Assembly (NCBI GenBank): GCA_018066175.1 | Contig: JAGHRV010000053.1 | Coordinates: 5,592-69,591, forward strand | Direction of reading: 5' to 3' | DNA length: 64,000 nucleotides | From: Candidatus Colicola equi | Lineage (GTDB): Bacteria > Bacteroidota > Bacteroidia > Bacteroidales > Paludibacteraceae | Position numbers and translations under genes: made by a program | The notes under the pieces: model-generated | Told to the model about the DNA's origin: nothing | Seen by the model: the letters and a program-made list of their open reading frames with translations, nothing else | Databases searched by the model: none | Part shown: one piece after another, positions 12,171-22,788 of the stretch | How positions within the stretch are numbered: the stretch's first letter is position 1 | Layout: each line of letters opens with the position of its first letter

Positions 12171-12536
12171 ATGATACAACAAGAAACAAGACTGACTGTT
12201 GCAGACAACAGCGGAGCAAAAGAAGCATTATGCATTCGCGTTCTTGGTGGTACCGGTAAGCGCTATGCCTCTCTGGGTGACACCATCGTAGTAGCTGTTA
12301 AGGGCGTTATCCCTGGCAGTGAAATTAAGGACGGTAGTGTATCGCGCGCCATCGTGGTTCGCGTTAAGAAAGAAGTTCGTCGTGCAGACGGCAGTTACAT
12401 CCGCTTTGATGATAACGCTTGCGTGCTCATCGCCAATACCGGTGAATTGCGCGGAAGCCGTATCTTCGGACCTGTAGCTCGTGAACTTCGTCAAACGAAC
12501 ATGAAAATTATTTCTTTGGCACCTGAAGTGCTTTAA
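12171..12536 (+). CDS. rplN: 50S ribosomal protein uL14
   Basis: [18 protein letters not shown]... Confidence 0.97.
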   Translation: MIQQETRLTVADNSGAKEALCIRVLGGTGKRYASLGDTIVVAVKGVIPGSEIKDGSVSRAIVVRVKKEVRRADGSYIRFDDNACVLIANTGELRGSRIFGPVARELRQTNMKIISLAPEVL

Positions 12537-12556
12537 TCACTTAAATTATTACAGTA

Positions 12557-12865
12557 ATGGCAAAATTACATATTAAGAAGGGTGATATCGTTTACGTAAA
12601 CGCAGGTGCTTCAAAGGGCAAAACCGGTCGCGTACTGGAAGTGCTCGTAGAGAAACAGCGTGCTATCGTAGAGGGTGTCAACATGGTTAGCAAAGCTACC
12701 AAACCCAATGCTAAAAATCCACAAGGTGGAATAGTTAAGAAGGAGAGTCCTATCCATATCTCCAACCTCAACCCCGTAGAAGACGGTAAACCCGTTCGCG
12801 TAGGTCGTGTTGTAAAGGATGGTAAACTCGTCCGCGTAAGTAAAAAAACTGGTAAAGAACTTTAA
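12557..12865 (+). CDS. rplX: 50S ribosomal protein uL24
   Basis: [14 protein letters not shown]...; KOW-like. Confidence 0.95.
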   Translation: MAKLHIKKGDIVYVNAGASKGKTGRVLEVLVEKQRAIVEGVNMVSKATKPNAKNPQGGIVKKESPIHISNLNPVEDGKPVRVGRVVKDGKLVRVSKKTGKEL

Positions 12866-12868
12866 GCA

Positions 12869-13411
12869 ATGAATACAGCAAGCATGAAACAAGATTATCA
12901 GGAGCGCATTGTACCCATCCTGATGAAGGAGTTCAACTACACCACTGTTATGCAGTGCCCAAAACTCCAAAAGATCGTCCTCAACCAAGGACTCGGCGAA
13001 GCTGTGGCTGATAAGCACATCATTGACGTCGCTCAACAAGAGATGACTCTGATTGCAGGTCAAAAGGCCGTTGCTACAGTTTCTAAGAAAGATATTGCTA
13101 ACTTCAAGGTTCGTAAGAAAATGCCTATCGGCGTTCGCGTTACTCTTCGTGGAGAGCGTATGTACGAGTTCTTGGAGCGTTTGGTTCGCGTTGCCCTGCC
13201 ACGTATCCGTGACTTCAAAGGTATCGCTAACAAGTTGGATGGCCGTGGAAACTACACCCTGGGTATCCAAGAGCAAATTATCTTCCCCGAAATCAACATT
13301 GATAACATCACCAAACTGCTGGGTATGAACATTACCTTCGTTACCACCGCTAAGACGGATGAAGAAGGCTATGCTCTGCTTCGCGAGTTCGGTCTGCCTT
13401 TCAAAAAGTAA
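12869..13411 (+). CDS. rplE: 50S ribosomal protein uL5
   Basis: 180 aa; spc operon order. Confidence 0.95.
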   Translation: MNTASMKQDYQERIVPILMKEFNYTTVMQCPKLQKIVLNQGLGEAVADKHIIDVAQQEMTLIAGQKAVATVSKKDIANFKVRKKMPIGVRVTLRGERMYEFLERLVRVALPRIRDFKGIANKLDGRGNYTLGIQEQIIFPEINIDNITKLLGMNITFVTTAKTDEEGYALLREFGLPFKK

Positions 13412-13435
13412 GTAACCTTAAAAACGTAATCAATT

Positions 13436-13705
13436 ATGGCAAAAGAATGTATGAAAGCCCGTGAGGTTAAACGTGCAGCTTTGGTAGCTAAATACGCTGC
13501 TAAACGTGCTCAACTCCTCAAGGATGGTGACTATGAAGGTCTCCAAGCTCTTCCAAAGAACGCCAGTCCGGTTCGTTTGCACAATCGTTGCAAAATCACC
13601 GGTCGTCCGAAAGGTTACATGCGTGCTTTCGGCTTGAGTCGTATTCAATTCCGTGAGATGGCCTCCAAAGGCTTAATCCCAGGTGTGAAGAAAGCTAGCT
13701 GGTAA
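13436..13705 (+). CDS. rpsN: 30S ribosomal protein uS14
   Basis: 89 aa ending ...[11 protein letters not shown]. Confidence 0.95.
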   Translation: MAKECMKAREVKRAALVAKYAAKRAQLLKDGDYEGLQALPKNASPVRLHNRCKITGRPKGYMRAFGLSRIQFREMASKGLIPGVKKASW

Positions 13706-13775
13706 GAAGGGTTTAATTAACTTAATTATTAAATAATGTCAGGACAGTCCTGATAATTTTAAAAACAACAAAACA

Positions 13776-14171
13776 ATGACAGATCCAATCGCAGATTATC
13801 TCACTCGTTTGAGAAATGCAATCAAAGCTGGCCACCGCGTAGTGGAAGTGCCCGCTTCGAATCTGAAGAAAGAGATCACACGTATCTTGTTTGAGAAAGG
13901 TTATATCCTTTCCTACAAGTTCGTGGAAGATGGTCCTCAAGGCACCATTAAGGTGGCCCTGAAGTATGATCCGGTTAACAAAGTTAACGCCATCAAGAGT
14001 TTACAACGTGTTTCGACGCCCGGTTTGCGTCAGTATGTAGGCTATCGTGAGATGCCTCGCGTATTGAATGGCCTGGGTATCGCCATCCTCAGCACCTCCA
14101 AAGGTGTTATGACCAACAAAGAAGCTGCTGGTCTGAAATTAGGTGGCGAAGTATTATGCTATGTATATTAA
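13776..14171 (+). CDS. rpsH: 30S ribosomal protein uS8
   Basis: MTDPIADYLTRLRNA... Confidence 0.97.
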   Translation: MTDPIADYLTRLRNAIKAGHRVVEVPASNLKKEITRILFEKGYILSYKFVEDGPQGTIKVALKYDPVNKVNAIKSLQRVSTPGLRQYVGYREMPRVLNGLGIAILSTSKGVMTNKEAAGLKLGGEVLCYVY

Positions 14172-14187
14172 TTAAGGAGGATTAGTT

Positions 14188-14748
14188 ATGTCAAGAATTG
14201 GAAAATTACCCATCGCTATTCCTGCCGGCGTTATCGTAGCAGTTAGCTCAGACAATGTAGTGACCGTGAAAGGTCCTAAGGGAGAACTCTCCCAGAAGGT
14301 CAATCCGTCGATTACCGTTACTGTAGAAGGCAATGTATGCACTGTAACTCGTCCTAACGACGAGAAACAAACTCGTGCTAACCATGGTCTCTATCGTGCT
14401 CTTATCAATAATATGGTTTATGGCGTAAGTGAAGGTTACAAAGCTACCCTGCAACTGCACGGTGTAGGTTACCGTGTTGAGATGGCTCAAACCCCCAACA
14501 CTCTGAACTTCACCCTTGGTTATACGCACCCTATCTACATGCAACTTCCTAAAGAAGTGAAGGTAGAGACTAAGACGGAGCGTAACCAAGATCCGTTGAT
14601 TATGCTGGAATGCGCAGACAAACAATTAATTGGTCAAATTTGCGCTAAGATTCGTACGTTCCGCAAACCCGAACCTTATAAAGGTAAAGGTATTCTCTTC
14701 TTGGGTGAAGTGGTTCGTCGTAAGGCTGGTAAATCGGCTGCTAAATAA
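14188..14748 (+). CDS. rplF: 50S ribosomal protein uL6
   Basis: [15 protein letters not shown]... Confidence 0.96.
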   Translation: MSRIGKLPIAIPAGVIVAVSSDNVVTVKGPKGELSQKVNPSITVTVEGNVCTVTRPNDEKQTRANHGLYRALINNMVYGVSEGYKATLQLHGVGYRVEMAQTPNTLNFTLGYTHPIYMQLPKEVKVETKTERNQDPLIMLECADKQLIGQICAKIRTFRKPEPYKGKGILFLGEVVRRKAGKSAAK

Positions 14749-14765
14749 TAGAAAGGAATAAAGTT

Positions 14766-15110
14766 ATGGATAAGAAAATTGCAAGAAGAGCTAAGATTAA
14801 AGCTTCCATTCGTACCAAAATTGCTGGTACCGCAGAGCAACCTCGTCTGACTGTATTCCGTTCGAACTGCCAGATTTATGCTCAAGTAATTGATGATGTC
14901 AAAGGTGTTACTTTGGCAAGCGCATCGTCGCTGAACATCAAAGATAAAATGACCAAGACCGAGAAGGCAAAGAAGGTCGGTGCTGCTATCGCTGAGGCTG
15001 CTAAGGCTGCAGGCATTGAAAAAGTGGTATTTGATCGTAATGGCTATCTCTATCATGGTCGCGTACAAACATTAGCTGACGCAGCTCGTGAGGCTGGTCT
15101 TAAATTCTAA
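14766..15110 (+). CDS. rplR: 50S ribosomal protein uL18
   Basis: 114 aa, ...[26 protein letters not shown]. Confidence 0.96.
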   Translation: MDKKIARRAKIKASIRTKIAGTAEQPRLTVFRSNCQIYAQVIDDVKGVTLASASSLNIKDKMTKTEKAKKVGAAIAEAAKAAGIEKVVFDRNGYLYHGRVQTLADAAREAGLKF

Positions 15111-15126
15111 AACAAGGAGACTGTAT

Positions 15127-15633
15127 ATGAATCGAGTAAAATCAACACAAGACATTGAGCTCAAGGAGCGCCTTGTCGCAGTAAACCGCGTAACTAAAGT
15201 TACGAAGGGTGGTCGTACTATGACTTTTGCAGCCATCGTTGTTGTAGGAAATGAGAATGGTATCGTAGGTTGGGGCCTGGGTAAAGCCGGTGAGGTTCAG
15301 GCTGCTATCCAAAAGGGTACTGAGTCCGCTAAGAAAAACTTGATCCAAGTGCCCGTACTGAAGGGAACTGTTCCTCATGAGCAGTACGCTAAATTCGGTG
15401 GCGCTCGCGTTTATCTCCAACCCGCAACTCACGGTACTGGAGTAAAGGCCGGTGGTGCCATGCGTGCCGTTCTGGAGAGTGCAGGTGTAACGGATATCCT
15501 GGCTAAGGCTAAGGGTAGCTCCAACCCTCACAACTTGGTTAAGGCTACCATCCTCGCTCTCAGCGAGATGCGTGATGCTCGTCAAGTAGCTCAAAACCGT
15601 GGCGTAAGCCTCGATGTAGTGTTTAACGGTTAA
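15127..15633 (+). CDS. rpsE: 30S ribosomal protein uS5
   Basis: ORF 15088..15633 trimmed to the ATG at 15127 ([22 protein letters not shown]...); this removes the overlap with rplR. Confidence 0.92.
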   Translation: MNRVKSTQDIELKERLVAVNRVTKVTKGGRTMTFAAIVVVGNENGIVGWGLGKAGEVQAAIQKGTESAKKNLIQVPVLKGTVPHEQYAKFGGARVYLQPATHGTGVKAGGAMRAVLESAGVTDILAKAKGSSNPHNLVKATILALSEMRDARQVAQNRGVSLDVVFNG

Positions 15634-15646
15634 ATTTCATTGAACT

Positions 15647-15823
15647 ATGGCTAAGATTAAAATTCAACAAGTTCGTAGCACTATCAAATGCACGAAGAAT
15701 CAGAAACTGACCATGCAAGCCCTTGGCTTGAAGAAAATGAATCAAGTCGTTGAGCACGAAGCTACTCCTGCTATTGTAGGTATGGTAGAGCATGTAAAAC
15801 ACTTGGTAAAAGTTATTGACTAA
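15647..15823 (+). CDS. rpmD: 50S ribosomal protein uL30 (58 aa, below ORF-track cutoff)
   Basis: Hand translation: MAKIKIQQVRSTIKCTKNQKLTMQALGLKKMNQVVEHEATPAIVGMVEHVKHLVKVID, stop at 15821-15823. It fills the gap between rpsE and rplO. Confidence 0.9.
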   Translation: MAKIKIQQVRSTIKCTKNQKLTMQALGLKKMNQVVEHEATPAIVGMVEHVKHLVKVID

Positions 15824-15841
15824 TTAAATTACTGAAGCATT

Positions 15842-16288
15842 ATGGAATTACATAATTTAACTCCGGCTGCAGGTTCAGTAAAGACCTCGAAACGAATCGG
15901 TCGTGGTGCCGGTTCGGGTCTGGGTGGAACCTCTACCCGTGGCGCTAAAGGTGCACAATCACGTTCGGGCTACTCCAAGAAGATTGGTTTCGAAGGTGGT
16001 CAGATGCCTATGCAACGTCGTTTGCCGAAATTTGGATTTAAGAACATCAATCGCGTAGAATACAAGGCTATTAACCTGAATATTCTGCAACAATTGGCTG
16101 AAACAAAGAAACTTGAAGTAATCGGTTTACCCGAACTCTTTGAGGCAGGCTTTATCAATAAATCCATGCTCGTAAAAATCCTCGGTACCGGTACCTTGAC
16201 AGCTAAGTTGACGGTTAAGGCTAACGCTTTCTCGAAGAGCGCAGAAGCTGCTATCGTAGCTGCCGGTGGTTCGGTTGAAAGAATCTAA
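15842..16288 (+). CDS. rplO: 50S ribosomal protein uL15
   Basis: 148 aa, MELHNLTPAAGS...GRGAGSG... Confidence 0.96.
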   Translation: MELHNLTPAAGSVKTSKRIGRGAGSGLGGTSTRGAKGAQSRSGYSKKIGFEGGQMPMQRRLPKFGFKNINRVEYKAINLNILQQLAETKKLEVIGLPELFEAGFINKSMLVKILGTGTLTAKLTVKANAFSKSAEAAIVAAGGSVERI

Positions 16289-16300
16289 TAAACAACGATT

Positions 16301-17641
16301 ATGCGTAAATTAATTGAAACAATCCAAAATATCTGGAAGATTGAAGATCTTCGTAATCGATTGCTGACCACATTATTATTTGTGCTCATCTATCGTTTCG
16401 GTTCTTTTATCGTTCTTCCCGGTATTGACCCAACAGCCCTGACTGCCCTTAAGGGACAAACAGCCGGTGGTTTGATGGCTCTTCTGGATATGTTCTCCGG
16501 TGGTGCATTCTCCAATGCATCTGTTTTCGCTCTGGGTATTATGCCCTACATCTCTGCCAGTATCGTAGTGCAATTGCTTACAATTGCCGTTCCTTACTTC
16601 CAGAAGATGCAAAAAGAGGGAGAATCAGGCCGTCAGAAGATGAACCAGATTACTCGCTATCTAACCGTTGCTATTCTGTTGTTCCAAGGCCCGAGTTACT
16701 TGGTTAACTTAAGTGTCCAAATGGCTCAAGCCGGACAATCGTTGGCTATTGGTATGAACTGGTTTACCATCTCATCGACCATTATCCTGTGCGCAGGTTC
16801 AATGTTCGTGATGTGGTTGGGTGAGCGTATTACTGACCGTGGTGTAGGAAATGGTATTTCCTTCATCATCTTGATTGGTATTATTGCTCGTTTCCCTGCA
16901 GCACTGGTTCAGGAGTTCTCGTCGCGTTTGAACGAAACAGGTGGTTTGATGATGTTCGCCTTTGAAATCATCATCCTGATTTTGGTCTTCGCGTTCGCTA
17001 TCCTATTGGTACAAGGTACACGTAAGATTCCTGTACAATATGCTAAGCGTGTCATGGGTAATAAACAATATGGTGGAGTGCGTCAATACATCCCATTGAA
17101 AGTGAATGCTGCCAATGTGATGCCTATCATCTTCGCACAAGCTATTATGTTCATCCCTATCGCACTTGCCGGTTTCCGTGCAGACGGATCAAGTTGGTGG
17201 GTACGTACCTTTATGGACAATAACTCATTTGGATATAATGTTGTATTTGCTATACTCATTATTGCCTTCACCTATTTCTACACCGCTATTATCATCAATC
17301 CTGTTCAGATGGCAGAGAACCTGAAGCTGAACAACGGATTCATCCCCGGTGTTAAGCCAGGTAAGAAGACCGCTGAGTATATCGATACGATTATGTCCCG
17401 TATTACCTTACCCGGATCAATTTTGTTGGCAATCATCGCAGTTCTGCCTGCTTTCGCCCGTCTATTCGGCATATCGATGAGCTTTGCGCAGTTCTTCGGA
17501 GGAACGTCCCTATTGATTATGGTAGGTGTAATCTTGGATACATTGCAACAAATCGAGTCACATCTGTTGATGCGTCACTATGACGGCTTCTTTGAGGGCG
17601 GCATGCGCATCAAGGGTCGCTCGGGGGCTATGGCTTATTAA
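16301..17641 (+). CDS. secY: preprotein translocase subunit SecY
   Basis: 446 aa polytopic protein; spc operon position. Confidence 0.96.
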   Translation: MRKLIETIQNIWKIEDLRNRLLTTLLFVLIYRFGSFIVLPGIDPTALTALKGQTAGGLMALLDMFSGGAFSNASVFALGIMPYISASIVVQLLTIAVPYFQKMQKEGESGRQKMNQITRYLTVAILLFQGPSYLVNLSVQMAQAGQSLAIGMNWFTISSTIILCAGSMFVMWLGERITDRGVGNGISFIILIGIIARFPAALVQEFSSRLNETGGLMMFAFEIIILILVFAFAILLVQGTRKIPVQYAKRVMGNKQYGGVRQYIPLKVNAANVMPIIFAQAIMFIPIALAGFRADGSSWWVRTFMDNNSFGYNVVFAILIIAFTYFYTAIIINPVQMAENLKLNNGFIPGVKPGKKTAEYIDTIMSRITLPGSILLAIIAVLPAFARLFGISMSFAQFFGGTSLLIMVGVILDTLQQIESHLLMRHYDGFFEGGMRIKGRSGAMAY

Positions 17642-17642
17642 T

Positions 17643-18428
17643 ATGATCTATCTAAAGACAGACGAAGAAGTCGAGCTCTTACGCAAAAGTAATCAACTCT
17701 TGGGTATGGCTTATGGCGAAGTAGCCAAAGCCATTGCCCCGGGGGTGACTACAGCCGAATTAGATAAGATAGCGCATGATTTTATTTGTGCTCATGGAGG
17801 TGTTCCTTCCTGCTTAGGTTACGAAGGTTATCCTGCTACCTTATGTACATCGGTTAATTGTGAGGTTGTTCATGGTATTCCATCCAAGGATGTAGTGCTG
17901 CAAGATGGCGATATTGTATCGGTTGATGGTTGTGTCTTGTTGAACGGTTTTCATGCTGATTCGGCTTACACTTTTCCTGTGGGAAACGTCAGCGACGATG
18001 TGATGCGTCTATTAAAGACTACTAAGGAGTGCCTCTATTTAGGCATTGAGCAAGCCGTAACGGGTCATCGTTTAGGTGACATCGGTTACGCCATCCAGAA
18101 CCATGCTGAGCGAGCAGGTTATTCTGTTTGCCGCGAATATGTAGGTCATGGCATAGGTCGTGCGATGCACGAGGATCCAGAGGTCTGCAATTACGGTCGC
18201 CGTGGCAATGGTATAGTGCTCAAGTCCGGAATGACATTGGCTATTGAGCCGATGATATTGATGGGGCGCAAGAATGTTGTTTTGGAGGAAGACGGTTGGA
18301 CAGCCCGCACGGCGGATCGCAAACCGGCAGCACATTATGAATTATCAGTATGTGTGCGCAATGGGAAAGCAGATATATTATCTACGTTCGACTATATTCA
18401 ACAAGTATTAAAAGATAGATTTATTTAA
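17643..18428 (+). CDS. map: type I methionine aminopeptidase
   Basis: ORF 17580..18428 trimmed to the ATG at 17643 (MIYLKTDEEVELLRKS...), immediately after the secY stop. Confidence 0.92.
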   Translation: MIYLKTDEEVELLRKSNQLLGMAYGEVAKAIAPGVTTAELDKIAHDFICAHGGVPSCLGYEGYPATLCTSVNCEVVHGIPSKDVVLQDGDIVSVDGCVLLNGFHADSAYTFPVGNVSDDVMRLLKTTKECLYLGIEQAVTGHRLGDIGYAIQNHAERAGYSVCREYVGHGIGRAMHEDPEVCNYGRRGNGIVLKSGMTLAIEPMILMGRKNVVLEEDGWTARTADRKPAAHYELSVCVRNGKADILSTFDYIQQVLKDRFI

Positions 18429-18431
18429 GTT

Positions 18432-18650
18432 ATGGCAAAACAAGATGCAATTGAAGTAGATGGCACCATTACGGAGGCATTATCCAACGCAATGTTCCAT
18501 GTACAATTAGAGAATGGTCATGTGATTCTGGCAAGTATTTCCGGTAAGATGCGTATGCACTATATTCGTATATTGCCCGGAGATAGAGTAAAAGTTGAAA
18601 TGAGTCCGTATGACCTGACTCGTGGACGAATATCGTTTAGATATAAATAA
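18432..18650 (+). CDS. infA: translation initiation factor IF-1
   Basis: 72 aa, [30 protein letters not shown]... Confidence 0.97.
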   Translation: MAKQDAIEVDGTITEALSNAMFHVQLENGHVILASISGKMRMHYIRILPGDRVKVEMSPYDLTRGRISFRYK

Positions 18651-18672
18651 AATCATTAAACTCTTTACAATC

Positions 18673-18789
18673 ATGAAGGTAAGAGCAAGTATCAAGAAGC
18701 GCAATGCGGATTGCAAGATTGTACGCCGCAAAGGTAAGCTTTATGTTATTAACAAAAAAGAACCTAAAATGAAGATGCGTCAGGGATAA
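18673..18789 (+). CDS. rpmJ: 50S ribosomal protein bL36 (38 aa, below ORF-track cutoff)
   Basis: Hand translation: [38 protein letters not shown], stop at 18787-18789. Confidence 0.9.
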   Translation: MKVRASIKKRNADCKIVRRKGKLYVINKKEPKMKMRQG

Positions 18790-18838
18790 GGCATTTTCGG
18801 ATTAGTAAGTTTAAACAATTATCCCAAAGTAAAAAATT

Positions 18839-19219
18839 ATGGCTATAAGAATTGTCGGTGTAGATCTGCCGCAGAACAAGTGCGGAGAAGTCGGATTGAC
18901 TTACATCTACGGATTAGGTCGTTCAAGCGCAAAGAAGATCCTGGCTGAAGCAGGCGTAGACCCAAGCATTAAAGTGCAGGATTGGACGGATGACCAAGCA
19001 GCTAAGATTCGTGAGATCATCGGTGCTAAGTACAAAGTAGAAGGTGATCTTCGTTCAGAAACCCAATTAAACATCAAGCGTTTGATGGATATCGGTTGCT
19101 ACCGTGGCGTCCGTCATCGTATTGGTTTACCTGTTCGTGGTCAGTCCACCAAGAACAACGCTCGTACGCGTAAAGGTAAGAAGAAAACTGTTGCCAACAA
19201 GAAGAAAGCAACGAAGTAA
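18839..19219 (+). CDS. rpsM: 30S ribosomal protein uS13
   Basis: [14 protein letters not shown]... Confidence 0.97.
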   Translation: MAIRIVGVDLPQNKCGEVGLTYIYGLGRSSAKKILAEAGVDPSIKVQDWTDDQAAKIREIIGAKYKVEGDLRSETQLNIKRLMDIGCYRGVRHRIGLPVRGQSTKNNARTRKGKKKTVANKKKATK

Positions 19220-19243
19220 TTAACCCACTAAAATCAAACAATT

Positions 19244-19633
19244 ATGGCAAAGAAAACTGTTGCAGCTAAGAAGCGCGTTGTAAAGATTGACGGTGTTGGT
19301 CAATTACACGTTATGTCTTCATTCAACAATGTTATTGTAACGATGGCAAATGCGGATGGTCAAGTTATTAGTTGGTCTTCAGCTGGTAAGATGGGCTTCC
19401 GTGGTTCAAAAAAGAACACTCCGTATGCAGCTCAGATGGCTGCTACTGATTGTGGTAAAGTGGCTTTTGACCTTGGTTTGAGAAAGGTTAAGGCTTATGT
19501 TAAGGGTCCCGGTCAAGGTCGTGAGAGCGCAATCCGCGCCTGCGTTGCTGCCGGAATCGAAGTTACTGAGATTATTGACGTAACTCCAATGCCACATAAC
19601 GGATGCCGTCCTCCCAAACGTCGTCGTGTATAA
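19244..19633 (+). CDS. rpsK: 30S ribosomal protein uS11
   Basis: 129 aa, ...[16 protein letters not shown]. Confidence 0.97.
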   Translation: MAKKTVAAKKRVVKIDGVGQLHVMSSFNNVIVTMANADGQVISWSSAGKMGFRGSKKNTPYAAQMAATDCGKVAFDLGLRKVKAYVKGPGQGRESAIRACVAAGIEVTEIIDVTPMPHNGCRPPKRRRV

Positions 19634-19667
19634 TAAACATTATTCAAAAATCAAAAAATAAACAATT

Positions 19668-20273
19668 ATGGCAAGATATACTGGACCCAAATCGCGTATT
19701 GCACGCCGTTTCGGTGAACCTATCTTCGGTCCGGATAAAGTGCTGGATAAGCGCAACTACGCACCCGGACAACACGGCGTTAACCGTCGTAAAAAGAATT
19801 CTGAGTACGGTACTCAGCTCGCTGAGAAGCAGAAAGCTAAATATACCTATGGTGTATTAGAGCGTCAGTTCCGTCTCTTGTTTGCTCAAGCAAGTCGTCA
19901 AAAAGGTATTACCGGTGAGATTCTGATTCAATTACTGGAGTCTCGTTTGGACAATATCGTTTACCGTCTTGGTATTGCTCCTACTCGTGCCGCTGCACGT
20001 CAGATGGTTAGCCACCGTCATATCACGGTAGATGGTAAGGTTGTGAATATCCCTTCCTTCCAAGTTAAACCTGGTATGATTGTAGCTGTTCGCGAGAAAG
20101 CTAAATCATTAGAAGTAATTGCTGCCTCTTTGGAGGGCTTCAACCACACCAAGTATAGTTGGTTAGAGTGGGACGAAGCACAGAAAGCAGGTAAGTATCT
20201 GAATGTTCCTGCTCGTGAAGAGATTCCTGAGAACATTAAGGAGCAGTTAATCGTTGAGTTGTATAGTAAATAA
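19668..20273 (+). CDS. rpsD: 30S ribosomal protein uS4
   Basis: [21 protein letters not shown]... Confidence 0.97.
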   Translation: MARYTGPKSRIARRFGEPIFGPDKVLDKRNYAPGQHGVNRRKKNSEYGTQLAEKQKAKYTYGVLERQFRLLFAQASRQKGITGEILIQLLESRLDNIVYRLGIAPTRAAARQMVSHRHITVDGKVVNIPSFQVKPGMIVAVREKAKSLEVIAASLEGFNHTKYSWLEWDEAQKAGKYLNVPAREEIPENIKEQLIVELYSK

Positions 20274-20287
20274 AAAATAAGAAATTC

Positions 20288-21283
20288 ATGGCAATATTAA
20301 ATTTTATTAAACCTGACAAGGTGATCATGTTGGAGTCGAGCAATACTCAAGGAACATTTGAATTCCGTCCGCTCGAGCCGGGTTATGGTATCACAGTAGG
20401 TAATGCTATCCGTCGCGTGCTGTTGAGCTCGTTGGAGGGTTATGCTATCTGCTCAATCAAGATTAATGGTATTGATCATGAATTTGCTACTATCCCCGGT
20501 GTCATCACTGATGTTACCAATTTGATTCTTAATCTCAAACAAGTTCGTTTGATGCGTAAGGAAGGTATTGAGGAAGAAACCGAAACGGTTACGCTTCGCG
20601 TTAGAAAGACTCAGGCTTTCTTGGCCAAGAACTTAGGCGCTGCTTTGCAGAACTTTGAGGTATTGAACCCCGAGCTCTTGCTGGCAGAGATGGATATCAC
20701 TGCTGATTTTGAGATTACGTTGACCATCAATAAGGGTCGCGGATATGTACCTGCAGACGAGAATCGTAAGGCTAATGATCCTATTGGCGTATTGGCTATT
20801 GATTCTATCTACACGCCTATCCGTAACGTCAAGTTCTCGGTTGAGCCGTTCCGTGTAGAACAACGTACGGACTATGAGAAACTGACCTTAGACATCGTAA
20901 CAGATGGCTCCATCACACCGAAGGACGCTTTGAAAGAAGCTGCTAAGATTTTGATCTATCACTTCATGCTGTTCAGCGATGAGCGCATCATATTGGAGGA
21001 AGAGACGACCAAGAGAAATGACTCTTTGGACGAGGAGAGCCTTCGTATGCGTCAGTTGCTCAATCAGCGTCTTCAAGACATGGACCTCAGTGTTCGTGCA
21101 CTTAACTGCTTGAAGGCTGCTGAAGTGGATACCTTAGGTGCATTGGTTAAATACCACCGCGCTGACCTGTTGAAGTTCCGTAACTTCGGTAAGAAATCTC
21201 TGACCGAGTTGGATGAACTGTTGGAGCGCAATGGTTTAGCCTTTGGCATGGATATTAGCAGATACAGACTTGATGAATTATAA
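20288..21283 (+). CDS. rpoA: DNA-directed RNA polymerase subunit alpha
   Basis: 331 aa; alpha operon position; C-terminal domain ...[14 protein letters not shown]... Confidence 0.96.
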   Translation: MAILNFIKPDKVIMLESSNTQGTFEFRPLEPGYGITVGNAIRRVLLSSLEGYAICSIKINGIDHEFATIPGVITDVTNLILNLKQVRLMRKEGIEEETETVTLRVRKTQAFLAKNLGAALQNFEVLNPELLLAEMDITADFEITLTINKGRGYVPADENRKANDPIGVLAIDSIYTPIRNVKFSVEPFRVEQRTDYEKLTLDIVTDGSITPKDALKEAAKILIYHFMLFSDERIILEEETTKRNDSLDEESLRMRQLLNQRLQDMDLSVRALNCLKAAEVDTLGALVKYHRADLLKFRNFGKKSLTELDELLERNGLAFGMDISRYRLDEL

Positions 21284-21332
21284 TCCAAGGGATATCCGTA
21301 ATCGGATGTTCTAGTTAAAACTAAAACAAACA

Positions 21333-21806
21333 ATGAGACATAATAAGAAATTCAATCATCTTGGCCGTAAAGCAGCCCATCGTGGTGCTATGCTGTCCAA
21401 TATGGCTTGCTCGCTGATTATGCACAAGCGTATTTCGACAACGTTGGCTAAGGCAAAGGCTCTTCGTATTTACGTTGAACCTCTTCTGACTCGTGCAAAG
21501 GAGGACAATATGGCAAATCGCCGTCTTGTTTTCTCTGAGTTGAAGCAAAAAGAAGTTGTAACCGAGTTATTCCAAAACGTAGCAGAGAAGATTGCTAACC
21601 GTCCCGGAGGTTACTGCCGTATCCTTCGTACGGGCTTCCGTTTGGGTGATGCTGCAGAGATGTGTATCATCGAGCTCGTTGATTACAATGAGAATATGCT
21701 GAAGGAAAAGAAAGCCGCTAAGAAGACGACTCGTCGTGCAGGTGCAAAGAAAGCAGCCGCTGAGGTTGTAGAAGCAGCTCCCGCCGAAGAGGCTAAGGCT
21801 GAATAA
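21333..21806 (+). CDS. rplQ: 50S ribosomal protein bL17
   Basis: [17 protein letters not shown]...; last gene of the alpha operon. Confidence 0.96.
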   Translation: MRHNKKFNHLGRKAAHRGAMLSNMACSLIMHKRISTTLAKAKALRIYVEPLLTRAKEDNMANRRLVFSELKQKEVVTELFQNVAEKIANRPGGYCRILRTGFRLGDAAEMCIIELVDYNENMLKEKKAAKKTTRRAGAKKAAAEVVEAAPAEEAKAE

Positions 21807-21828
21807 TCCTTATCGGACATAAAGTAAA

Positions 21829-21864
21829 AGAGGGTATGCTATACAAGGCATGCCTTCTTTTATT
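21829..21864 (+). terminator. rho-independent terminator after rplQ
   Basis: 11-bp stem agagggtatgc / gcatgccttct (two G-U pairs), 8-nt loop, then ttttatt. Confidence 0.65.
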
Positions 21865-22070
21865 GTGAGTCGAGGGTCTCTCGACAGTCTCTCGAGGGTC
21901 GACCGCCCACCCGGCAGTCACTCCATAATGGGGTCCCCAGAAGCTCGTGAGAGGTTATGGGGAGAGGAGGAGCACAACTCGCCTATTGATTAAACTTCGT
22001 GGCAATCAACCCTTGCGAAGTTGTTGCTCCGACGACGCGCGTCTAAAGTTCCGTAGCATCTCCGTAGCAT

Positions 22071-22340
22071 GTAATGACCTACTAAGCCCCACCGGAAGCC
22101 CACAAAAAGCAAGGATCTCGGCCGGTTTGGGCGGGGGGTAGGCGGGGATTCCGCTAGCTGCATGTGGTCGCGAAATGGTCGCCTACTTTAGACGCTTTTT
22201 AGTTACTTTTTGATTTTTGGATGATAAAAGTTAATAATCGTACATTTTGGATGAAGGATGTTTGCATATACGGTGCATAATACGTGCATATAGGATGCGA
22301 GGCAGAGAACGAACTGTGTTTTCTGCCCCGCATGAGATTA
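22071..22340 (+). repeat. mosaic intergenic repeat, copy A (~270 bp)
   Basis: Hand alignment to the reverse complement of 48511-48769. There are long identical blocks (ggtcgcctactttagacgctttttagttactttttgattt; gtttgcatatacggtgcataatacgtgcatataggatgcgaggcagagaac). It ends in a 13-bp hairpin gcgaggcaga.aa/tt.tctgcc(t/c)cgc. Confidence 0.85.
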
Positions 22341-22386
22341 ATAAGAGGAAAGTTTTGGAGTTATTTCACTTTTTTGTGGATGGGAG

Positions 22387-22788
22387 TTAAACCTTTCGTA
22401 GTTTACGTATTCGTTGATAGGTTTTATTTAATTCGCTGGCATCGGTTAGCACTTTATTCAGCCGTGCCACGACAGCCTTGGGCGTGCGGTCAAAGTATTT
22501 AGCCAGAGAATTAACAGATTGTCCTGCTAGGAATTGTTCCATAAGGTAACTATCCTCGTGCTCCATCCATCGTGTATTATCTTTATACGTCACTCCGGCA
22601 GTCTCCATAATCGGCATATCTATACCAACTATCCGACGAACCCTCAAAAGAACTGCCATCGGTGTTCTTTCCATAGTTTCTGCCACTTCACGAATAGTCA
22701 TCTCCTGACGCATCAATTCCTTCAGCTGAGTCTCTTCCTCCACCGTCCAGAACTCATTATGTCTTAGTGGATGTTGATAATTCGTCAT
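22387..22788 (-). CDS. small protein with two Myb/SANT-like helix-turn-helix repeats (133 aa)
   Basis: Internal repeat seen in the translation: FWTVEEETQLKELMRQEMTIREVAETMERTPMAVLLRVRR and TRWMEHEDSYLMEQFLAGQSVNSLAKYFDRTPKAVVARLNK (pattern W-x2-E-x3-L...A...RTP-x-AV-x2-R). Confidence 0.6.
   Translation of the reverse strand: MTNYQHPLRHNEFWTVEEETQLKELMRQEMTIREVAETMERTPMAVLLRVRRIVGIDMPIMETAGVTYKDNTRWMEHEDSYLMEQFLAGQSVNSLAKYFDRTPKAVVARLNKVLTDASELNKTYQRIRKLRKV

Noticed and set aside
21947-22502. ORFs 21947-22141 (64 aa) and 22284-22502 (72 aa) in the rplQ-distal spacer
   Set aside because: They lie inside the GC-rich spacer and repeat copy A, have no start context or promoter, and have improbable composition. 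The repeat is present elsewhere in non-coding contexts and in the opposite orientation.
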